Below are positions 12,596 to 22,549 of a DNA stretch of 64,000 nucleotides, in pieces; positions within the stretch are counted from its first letter, which is position 1, and every line of letters begins with the position of its first letter. Both the position numbers and the translations under genes were made by a program. Source of the DNA: Malacoraja senta (Eukaryota); contig CM075997.1 in the NCBI GenBank assembly GCA_038087875.1, positions 8,124,001 to 8,188,000 on the forward strand, read 5' to 3'. Under the pieces are notes generated by a model, which saw only the letters and a program-made list of their open reading frames with translations, made no database searches and was not told the origin of the DNA.

Positions 12596-15500
12596 AAGGT
12601 ACACAAAAATGCTGGAGAAAGTCAGCGGGTGCGAACTATGGAGCGAAGGAAATAGGCAACGTTTCGGGCCGAAACCCTTCTTCAGACTGATAGGGGGTGG
12701 GGGCGGGGGGGGGGGGGGGGTTGCGGGGAGAAGTAAGGAAAAAGGAGGAGGAGGAGCCCGAGGGCTGAGGGAGAGATAGGAAGGGGAGGAGACAGCAGGG
12801 GCTAACAAAATTGGAGAATTCAATGTTCATGCCCCCAGGATGCAGACTCCCGAAGCGGAATATGAGGTGCTGTTCCTCCAATTTCCGGTGTTGCTCGCTC
12901 TGGCCATGGAGGAGACCCAGGACAGAGAGGTCGGATACGGAATGGGACGGGGAGTTGAAGTGCTGAGACACCGTGAGGTCAGGTTGGTTAATGCGGACCG
13001 AGCGGAGGTGTTCAGCGAAACGATCGCCAAGCCTCCGCTTGGTCTCAGCGATGTAGATCAGCTGACATCTAGAGCAGCGGATGCAATAGATGAGGTTGGA
13101 GGAGATGCAGGTGAACCTCTGTCGCACCTGGAAAGACTGCTTGGGTCCTTGAATGCAGTCGAGGAGGGGGGTAAAGCGACAAGTGTAGCATCTCTTGCGG
13201 TTGCAAGGGAAATTGCCCTGGGAGGGGGTAGTACGGGAGGGAAGGGAAAAATTGACACGGGGGTTACGGAGGGAGCGGTCTTTGCGAAAGGCAGACATGG
13301 GGGGAGATGGGAAGATGTGGCGAGTGGTGGGGTCACGTTGGAGGTGGCGAAACTGACGGAGGATTACTTGTTGTACGTGACGTCTGGTGGGGTGAAAGGT
13401 GTGGACTAGGGGGACTCTGCCCTTGTTGCGAGTGGGGGGATGGGGAAAGAGAGCAGTGTTGCGTGGTATGGAAGAGACCCTGGTGCGAGCCTGATCTATG
13501 GTGGAGGAGGGGAACTCCCGTTCCCTGAAGAATGAGGACATTTCAGATGCCCCGGTGTGGAACGCCTCATCCTGGGAGATGGAGGAATTGGGAGTAGGGT
13601 ATGGAGTCCTTACAGCAAGCAGGGTGGGAAGGAGCGTAGTCCAGATAGCCATGGGAGTCAGTAGGTTTATAGTGAATGTCGGTCAGAAGTCTATCACCAG
13701 CGATGGAGAAAGTTAGGTCAAGGAATGGTAGGGAAGTGTCGTAAATGGACCAGGTGTATTTGAGTGCCGGATTCAAGTTGGTGGTGAAGTGGATGAAGTA
13801 AGTCAGTTGTGTGCGGGTGCAGGAGGTGGCACCAAAGCAGTCATCGATGTAGCGGAGGTAGAGGTCGGGGATGGGGTCCTGGTACGTAACGAACAAAGAT
13901 TGTTCGACGTATCCGACAAAGAGGCAGGCGTAGCTGGGGCCCATGCGTGTGCCCATAGCCACGCCTTATATTTGGAGAAAATGGGAGGAGTCAAACGAGA
14001 AGTTATTGAGGGAGAGGACCAACTCCGCTAAGCGGAGGAGAGTGTCAGTGGCCGGGTATAGGTTGCTTCTCTGGTCGAGGAAGAACCGGAGGGCTTTGAG
14101 ACCATCCTGGTGGGGGATGGAGGTGTAGAGTGACTGGACGTCCATGGTGAAGATGAGGGGGTGAGGGCCTAGAGAATGGAATGCGCGGAGACGACGGAGA
14201 GTGTCTGAGGTGTCTTGAACGTAGGTAGGGATGGATTTAACCAAGGGGGATAGGATGGAGTCAAGATAGGTGGACATGAGGTCGGTGGGGCACGAACAGG
14301 CAGAGACAATGGGTCTGCCGGGACAGTCGGGTTTGTGGATTTTGGGGAGAAGGTAAAATCGGGCCGTGTGGGGCTGGGGAACGATGAGGTTGGAGGCTCG
14401 TTCGGGCAGGGCGTGGGAGTTGATGAAGTCGGTGATGGTGCTGGAGATGGTGGCCTTGTGCCCGTCACTGGGGTCATGGTCCAGGGGTAAGTAGGAGGAG
14501 GTGTCCGAGAGTTGGCGCGTGGCCTCAGCTTTGTAGAGGTCGGCGGCGGGAGCGGCCTGGAGGCGGGCTAATTTCAGGTCCTTGGTGGAGTTAAGGTGGG
14601 CCAGGAGTCGTTGATTTAAGAGCTGGATCTTCCGGCGGATGAAATATTGTTATGGTCCGTTGCAGGTCTGGGTGAGTGAGGCCCGAAGTTTCGGGAGAGT
14701 CAATGCGAGGGCCTGCTGGTGCCGGCGCATCGCAGTCAGAGTAGATCTCAGTGCCCGGTTGGAGAATTGTTGTGTATGCCGGTCGATAGCCAGTCGGTAC
14801 CGATAGTCCGGTTGGGGTCCGAACTGGGAGGTAGGGAACTGGAGCTGGAAGCCATGAGGTATGAGATGGAGGCGCAAGCATGCCCCGAGGAAGCAAATGT
14901 GGCTGTGGTATCGAGTTTGGGTAAGGAAGCGGTCGTAGAGTGGGAGGGAAGGGGGGATCACAGAGAGGGGCAGTTAGAGAGGAGGTTGTGAAACTGTCTC
15001 CGGAGAGAGGAGAACTTCTTCAAAGTAGGCACACCTTGAGGATATTTCGCAGTGGAGTACACAAACTGTTAAAGAAGGAACTGCAGATGCTGGAAAATCG
15101 AAGTTACACAAAAATGCTGGAGAAGCTCAGCGGGTGCAGCAGCATCTATGGAGCGAAGGAAATAGGCAACGTTTCGGGCCGAAACCCTTAATTCAGATTG
15201 ATAGGGGGTGGGAGGGAGGGGGGGGGGAGAAGAAAGAAAAAAAGAGTAGGAGGAGCCCGAGGGCTGAGGGAGAGTTAGGAAGGGAAGGAGACAGCAGGGG
15301 CTAACAAAATTGGGAGAATTCAATGTTCATGCCCCCTGGATGCAGATCTCCCAAGCGGAATATGAGGTGCTGTTCCTCCAATTTCCGGTGTTGCTCGCTC
15401 TGGCCATGGAGGAGACCCAGGACAGAGAGGTCGGATACGGAATGGGAGGGGGAGTTGAAGTGCTGAGCCACCGGGAGGTCAGGTTTGTTAATGCGGACCG
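12596..15500 (-). mobile_element. Penelope-like element (RT + GIY-YIG endonuclease), frameshifted, with a tandem pseudo-LTR
   Basis: RT motifs TMDVQSLYTSIP, GTRMGPSYACLFVG and YLRYIDDCFG; GIY-YIG NLIYCIRCSRCQLIYIAETKRRLGDRFAEH. 15100-15500 is a near-identical direct copy of 12596-13000, placed upstream of the ORF. Confidence 0.92.
12658..12685 (-). ncRNA. Minimal type I hammerhead ribozyme motif in the Penelope pLTR
   Basis: Reverse complement reads CUGAAGA-A-GGGU(UUCG)GCCC-GAAAC-GUU: both conserved core boxes, helix II and the palindromic ACGU helix III. Confidence 0.75.
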
Positions 15501-16504
15501 AGGTAGCTTGGAGGATCGGGTTTATTTGTGGAAGATTTTATCTATCACCCAGAGAATTGTTGCTGCCGGGAATGCGCTGTGTGGAGGTCTGTTGGAAGTA
15601 GCTGCTCCAGCTGTACTTACATATTTGGGCGAGCGCTTCAGTCGCCGTGATATAGAATGCCAGATACCACTCGTTGGTAAAGGTAATTATTGCACGTGCG
15701 TAATTGACAGTTTATCACGTTGCCCGCTGATCCCTCTGCTGACCACCGAGGACGCCATTGACTGTGTTGCCCAGTGTTCAATTATGTTTAAGGTTATTCA
15801 CCTGCGTGTTCTTATCATTTAAGTAACCTATTGCGTTCCCTATTGAAGTGTTAGTGTTTGTCTCTGTCTTCGCCCATTCGTCGATTTTCGCATGCTGAGC
15901 ATGGTACTCTTGTTGTACAGTATTTTCCCATGCTGAAACCTGTATTCCTGCTGTTCAGGATTTATCCATGCTGAGCCCTGTACACTTGTTGATCCGAAAT
16001 CTAGTGACAACTTTTTTGAATTTACAAAACTCCTCGCTCTCGTGTCTTCTATGAGCGTAGGTCCACTCATCTCTCAACATTGTGGCATAGTCGGAATGTT
16101 CGTCATGGATAAAGGGATCTTTTATGTGCGGTGCGACTTTGGAATTCAATCACTTGGTTGTACAAAGTTCGTTACTTAATTTTTTAAATATAAATGTTAT
16201 GATAATTTCAAGCAATATAATGTATTGGGTGCATTATGCAACCATATTAATTAATTACAATTAATTACTCCAACCACGCATGCCTCCTTTAATTGCACGC
16301 GTTTAACGTGGATACAGAGTATGGCAGGACACCAGGATCCACCGTGAATGCGAATTCGTCATCACAACTTGCTGTGCAGCAGTTGACAACAAGGTCGGAA
16401 GCAAGGTCAGAACTTCGCAAGGATGTGACCTCAAGCGAAGCGCCCAAGGAATGCAGGTGTCGTGCGGGTTCTCTGTGCACTCAGATCCACCAATATGTCT
16501 ACCC

Positions 16505-17160
16505 TCTTATCTTGCAGGAAGGAACTGCAGATGCTGGATTAAACCGAAGTTAGACACAAAATGCTGGAGTAACTAATTGGGACAGGTAGCATCTCTGGAG
16601 AGAAGGAATGGATGACGTTTCAGGTCGAGACCCTTCTTCAGACTAGTCAATGGAACGGGAAACCAGATAGATATAGACGGTGATGTAGAGAGATATAGAA
16701 CAAATGAATAAAATTTATGCAAAGAGGGTGCAGGGGTTACTTGAAGTTAGATAAATCAATATTCATACCAGTGTGTTGAAAGCTGCACAAGCGAAATATG
16801 AGATGCTGTTCCTCCAATTAGTGATTACTCACTCTGACAATGGAGGCCTCGGACAGAAAGGTCATTGTGGGAATAGGAAGAGGAATTAGAATGTTTGGAA
16901 AAACCGGAAAACCCCTGCACTACCTCCCTCTCCATCTGTCCCCACGCAAGTCGCACCTGCTTCCCGTTCTCACGTAGTAAACAGTTAACAATGGCTTGTT
17001 TCCTTTACCATTGTTACTTTTTTGCATCTTATTCATTCATTTGTTCTATATCTGTCTATAGCTCTCGTTTACCTTTCCCCTGACTCGTATAAAGAAGGAT
17101 TTCGACTGGAAACGTCACCCATTCATTATCCCCAGAGATGCTCCCTGTCCCACTGTGTCT
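16505..17160. mobile_element. Short Penelope derivative with inverted pLTR arms
   Basis: The minus-strand pLTR at 16510-16720 is inverted relative to the plus-strand pLTR at 17030-17155. A GIY-YIG C-terminal remnant lies between them (16740-16900). Confidence 0.7.
16614..16641 (-). ncRNA. Minimal hammerhead ribozyme motif (core intact)
   Basis: Reverse complement reads CUGAAGA-A-GGGUC-UC-GACCU-GAAAC-GUC. Confidence 0.75.
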
Positions 17161-17579
17161 ACCCTCTTATGTGTATTGAGTTCTTTGCTGTAAGCTGAAA
17201 TACGACTCTTTGTCAAAACGTGAGCAGATCACTGGCCCTTTCAGCAGAATTTTCGTTATGTGCGAAAGCCCCTTACCAGAGCAATGTAATGGGCCATAAA
17301 CTTCAGATACAGGCTGCTTGGATAGGTCAGCAATATCTGCGTTGGAAACTGGATTCATCCCATAAGAACGTTATGCAGCGTCGTCATAGGTTCGCTGAAC
17401 CTTCATACCTGGATACAATTTAATTGGGTGCTTTCCATGATGCATCTGTACACATTTGTAGGCTACTTTATTAGCAACACAGAATAAAAACAAGCATTCA
17501 TAATGTGCTTATGTTTGCCAAGTGAACCCACCTGGTCTCATCCTATCACAGTTAATTACCTTTTCGTTTTGGTTTGTCC

Positions 17580-18472
17580 TACAAACGCAGCATAGAAAGT
17601 ATTTTATCAGGATACGTCACAGCTTGGTTTGGGAACAGCTCTATTCAAGAGCCCAAGAAATTGCAGCGAATTGTGTCTCAGCCCAGACCAACACACAAAA
17701 CAACCTCTCTTCTATTGACTCAATTTGTACCTCACACTGCCTCGGCAAGACCAGCAACATAATCAAGGACGAGTTGCACCCTGACCATTCTAATAATAAT
17801 AATAATGGATGGGATTTATATAGCGCCTTTCTAATACTCAAGGCGCTTTACATCGCATTATTCATTCACTCCTCAGTCACACTCGGTGGTGGTGAGCTAC
17901 TTCTGTAGCCACAGCTGCCCTGGGGCAGACTGACGGAAGCGTGGCTGCTAATCTGCGCCTACGGCCCCTCCGACCACCACCAATCACTCACACACATTCA
18001 CACACATTCACACGCAGGCAAAGGTGGGTGAAGTGTCTTGCCCAAGGACACAACGACAGTGTGCACTCCAAGCGGGATTCCAACCGGCTACCTTCCGGTT
18101 GCCAGCCGAACACTTAGCCCATTGCGCCATTCTGTCTTCTCCCCCCTCTCTCATCAGACAAAATATATAGAAGTCTGAAATCGCACACCTCCAGATTCAG
18201 GGATAGTTTTCTCCCAGATGTTATCAGGCAACTGAATCACCCTACCACAACTAGAGAGCAATATTGAAGTCCTTAGGACTACCCTTGATCGGACTTTGCT
18301 GGCTTTACCTTGCACTAAACATTATTTCCTATTATCATGTATCTAAACACTGGAAATGGAGCGATTGTAATCATATTATTTCTTTCCGCTGACTGGTTAG
18401 CAGGCAACAAAATTGACATTTAACTGCACCCCGATACACGTGACAATAAACTAAACTAGACTGAACTGAACT
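17580..18472 (+). mobile_element. Rex1/Babar-type LINE 3' fragment interrupted by a SINE
   Basis: IESILSGYVTAWFGNSS..KKLQRIV (ORF 17574), then ttcagggatagttttctccca after the SINE, ending gacaataaa(ctaaa/ctgaa)n. Confidence 0.7.
17791..18129 (-). mobile_element. tRNA-derived SINE with an L2-type tail, resembling the AFC/CORE family
   Basis: The reverse complement has an A box (tggcgcaatgg), a B-box-like ggttggaatcc, the core gtgtccttgggcaagacact, and a tail gtaaagcgccttgagtattagaaaggcgctatataaat..(att)n. ccattct flanks both ends as a likely TSD. Confidence 0.85.
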
Positions 18473-18829
18473 GTTATCATTGTCACGTGTGCCGAATTGC
18501 TACAGAGATGAACTTTGTTTTACGTGCTCTCCGGGTTAATCTGATCTTGCATGAGTACAATAAAAGCGTGCAAGAGTACAATGTGTATGTCAAAAGGAGA
18601 TCGGAAACAGGGTTCAAAATCCAGTGATGCAGCTACAGCGAAGCTGCCTGTTGTGCTTCCCCTTCCCCAACCGTTCCTGTTACTAAAGCGTAACATTTTC
18701 CGCCCTTACCTAGCTCTAATGATGTGTCCTGGACCTGAAAGCAGTCGTCCAGATGATTTTATTGTCGGAACACTGACATTCTTAATTCCGCAGCACACCA
18801 ATTGTGTAAATATATAACTCAATGTACAC

Positions 18830-19960
18830 CTTAATTAACAATAAAATATGCAATATGAACATTGAAGGAATGTATTGAAAAAGCAAAAATAAAGATCCAA
18901 CTCCCTAGTGCAATTAAGGCAGTTCGTAATTTGGAGTTTAGTTGGGGTTTGCAGTGTTCAGTAGTCTGAGATTGTTTGGTAAAAGCTGTTCCTGAACCTG
19001 GACGTTACAGATTTCAGTTTCGTATACCATCTTGTTGAAGGCAGCAGTGAATTGAGAATGTGGCCTGGATTGTGGGGATACTTAATGACGCTGGCTGCCT
19101 TTTTGAGGCTGCGTCTCTGAAAGATGCCTTGGATGATGGTGAGATCAGTACCCGTGATGGACAGAGCAACGTCCAGTCCTTTTTGTAATCTCCTTCGTTC
19201 AATAGACTAAATACAATAGACAATAGAAAATAGGTGCAGGAGTAGGGCAGTCGGTCCTTCGAGCCACCACCGCCATTCAATGTGATCATGGCATATCATC
19301 CTGGACGTTCCTGGACGTTCGAGTTGCCAAACCAGGTCGTGCTGCAACCAGTCAATATGGTTCCTACTGTAACCATGTAGAAGTTCTAGGGTGTATTCGT
19401 GCACATGCCAAATTTCCATAATCTTCTAAAGAAGTAGAGGCGTTATTGGGCTCCCTTATGACTACATCAATTTGCCATGTCCAGGCCAGATCTTCAGATA
19501 TGCACCACCAGAAACTGGAAGTTGGTAAACCTCTCCACCACCGACCAATCAGTTCTTTGGTTTGAATTTAAGAGCAATGTTTTATTCTTGTACCATACGG
19601 TCAGACGATCGATCTCCCTCCTCTACTCTGACTTAACATTATCCATATTCATCCGAAAATTGTGGAATCATCGGCGAATTGAGTTAAAACTTTGTCCACT
19701 CGCTAAACACTCATGGGTATTGAGTTGAGCAGGGGGCTGAGCATACAGCCAGGAGCTGTCTGAGGAGGAATTGTTGCTAATTCGTACCGAATCTGTTATG
19801 TTGGTGAGGAAGTCGATGATCCAGGTTCAACGGGGATGCGCAGATACCTAGTTTCTTGAGGTTTTGGACGGGCTGATGGCGCTGAATGCCGAGCTGTAAT
19901 CTATGAACAACATATGTGGTCCAAAGCTGAGTGGAGAACCAACGAGATTGCACCCTCTTT
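18830..19960 (-). mobile_element. Degraded Rex1-type LINE fragment with a short CR1 tail inserted (19200-19300)
   Basis: The reverse complement of 19860-19915 encodes MLFIDYSSAFSAISP, a Rex1 RT motif; decayed C-terminal sequence follows. Confidence 0.65.
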
Positions 19961-20109
19961 GCAGACGCTGAATCTCTTTTCACTCTGTTTCCAGTATTTG
20001 TTTTTCTTTGTTAGACGTTGACTGCAGTAATCGGGAGTTATTGATTATTAAAGCACATGACACTGCTGGAGTCGATTTCTAATTGTTTTACTCATTACAT
20101 TTATTGCAG

Positions 20110-20400
20110 ATCAGTTACTACAGCCTGAAATGTCTATTAATCAACCGACTACGGTATACTTACGAGGCGATACTCTAAAATTAACCTGTACTACAGCAAG
20201 GAAATACCGTGGAAAAGTCTACTTTTTAAAAGATAATCAGATAATCGCTTCCCGTCACCTCTTCGCCAAGTACCATATGAAAACATTTACATCCATCGGC
20301 CTTACTGAAGCAGGAATCTACCAGTGCAAATATGGAACCCGTATTAAGGAAAGATGGTTGGAATCGCGGCTCAGTGAGGCTGTGAATGTGACCATTGTGG
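20110..20400 (+). CDS. Ig-domain exon D3, same family
   Basis: Acceptor ttattgcag|, donor |gtaagt, 291 nt, phase 1-1. Encodes DQLLQPEMSINQPTTVYLRGDTLKLTCTTARKYRGKVYFLKDNQIIASRHLFAKYHMKTFTSIGLTEAGIYQCKYGTRIKERWLESRLSEAVNVTIV. Confidence 0.92.
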
Positions 20401-20710
20401 GTAAGTGACGAGGTCCAGCGGTTATTAACATAAAGCTTCAAACAGGAGACAATAATAAAAATATAGTTGGCAACATGCGAAATAAAAGTAGAAAGCGCTA
20501 AAAACCCTCCATATGAGGCGCTACTACTCCTGAGAGTGATAAGCAAGTAATCTATGCAGTTCAAAGATTGTTTGATGTGAATGTGAAATGGATTAGTGCT
20601 AAATGGCAGAGAGAGAGAGAGGGAGAAAGAAAGGGAGAGAGAGGGGTGGGGGAGGTGTGGGTAGGAGGGCTGCGAGTTTGGCTAAGAGGGTGAAGGCAGA
20701 GAGACAGTCC

Positions 20711-20910
<200 letters not shown>

Positions 20911-20914
20911 GAAA

Positions 20915-21880
20915 TCCTTTCCCCTTCACCATAAACCTACGTCATCTGGTCCTCGATTCACCTACGCAAGAAACTGTGCATCCATCGGCTCAATTTCTCT
21001 CACGATTTTATACATCCCTATAAGATGACCCATCAACCTTCTGCGCTCCAAATATTATGTCCCAGCTTACTCAACACGATCTCCCAACTTCTATACTCAA
21101 TACTTTGACTGATGATGGCAAATGTGACAAACTACTTTTTGACCAGCCTATATATATGTCACTCCACCTTCAAGCAAGCATGCACCTGCACTCCTAGATC
21201 CCCTGTTCTGCAGAACTTCATCGCCATACCATTCACTGTGTAGATCCTGCCCATGTTAGCCTTCCCAAATTGCAACTGATCAGTTTTCGACATTTCCACA
21301 TTTTCCTGTCTTAAATTCCATCAAACATTCCTCAGCTCATCTGGTTATTCAATCAATATCCTGCTGCTGTATTTTCACAACCATCTTCACTATCTGCAAA
21401 ACCACCCACTTTTGTATCATCTGCAAACTTGCTAATTTTGCCATGTATGTTCCTATCCAAATCACTGATATAGATGAAAAACAGTAACGGCCGCAGCACC
21501 AAACATTGGGGCAAACCACTCCATGTCCTCCAGGCATCCAGTCCGAGAAGCAACCTCCCACCATCACCATCTGCTTCCTTACAAGAAACCAATTATCTAT
21601 CCATTCAGCTACAGTATCTCAGCTTGGATCCCATGCGATCTAACCTTCCAGAGCAGCCTACCATGTGGAACCATGTCGAATGCTTTGCTGGTCCATACAT
21701 ACAACATCTCTGCCCGAATCTAGTTTTCTGATATGTCTTCAAAAAACACAATCAGATTTGTGAGACACGTCCTCCCACGTACAACACCATGCTGGCTATC
21801 CTAAATCAGTCCTTGTCCGTCTCAATGCCCGTATATCCGATCCCTCAGAATACTCTCTAGTAACATTCCATCTGTAGATG
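20915..21880 (-). mobile_element. Degraded CR1 RT fragment
   Basis: SGLPQCLVLRPLLFFIYISDLD..ISKFADDTKVGG in ORF 21353-21592. Confidence 0.8.
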
Positions 21881-22204
21881 TTAAGATCTCTAAGTTCGTT
21901 AAACTAGACAAAATAACTGCCTGATTTGTAGAGCTGCCGACGCAGTTCTTGTGTCGGTGTTTTTATCTTCAAAGATTATTGGATGTTGCATTCAAATTTC
22001 ATCTCTTCAAATTCATTTTATGTTCCTTGCCATCTCGTGAGATTGCCTTGCTTTCGTCATTTTCCGAAGAAAGCTCCTCGCTCCAATGATTTCAGCCACA
22101 GCACCAGATATGTGTTCTTTTCTTCCTCCAATTTTCTGGCCCACGTTTGACTTTTGACACAGTCATTAGGCGCGAACAGAAGTCAGAAATTATGCTTAGG
22201 AATA

Positions 22205-22549
22205 AACATATGATGAAAGAATGGGTAGACAGGGCTTACATTCACTGGAAATTAGGATGAGAGGAGTCTTATAGAAATATAAAATTTTTGGACAGGCTAG
22301 ATTCAGAATACTTCTTCCCGATGTTGAGGGTGTCCAGAACCAGTGGTCACAGTTCAAGAGTAAGGGGAAAGTCATTTAGGACTGAGATGAGGAAAAACCT
22401 TTTCACCGAGAGAGTTGTGAATCTGTGGGATTCTCTGCCAAAGAAGGCAGTGGACGCCAATTCACTGGATGCATTCAAGAGAGAGTTGGATATATCACAG
22501 GGCGAACGGAATCAAGGGATATGGGGAGAAAGCAGGAACGGGTTACTGA
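22205..22549 (+). mobile_element. CR1 3' fragment, split by the DIRS insertion (continues at 26253-26360)
   Basis: ORF 22288 reads FPMLRVSRTSGHS..RKNLFTERVVNLWDSLP. The 3' UTR ggttactga|tttt|ggatgatcagctatgatc rejoins across the DIRS element. Confidence 0.9.

Noticed and set aside
15892..15925. Possible leader exon MLSMVLLLY
   Set aside because: The donor gtattt is weak and the sequence is part of the 38-bp tandem repeat; unsupported.
16308..16456. Possible Ser/Thr-rich cytoplasmic exon (EYGRTPGSTVNANSSSQ...)
   Set aside because: Poor polypyrimidine tract, ambiguous donor and no motif support.
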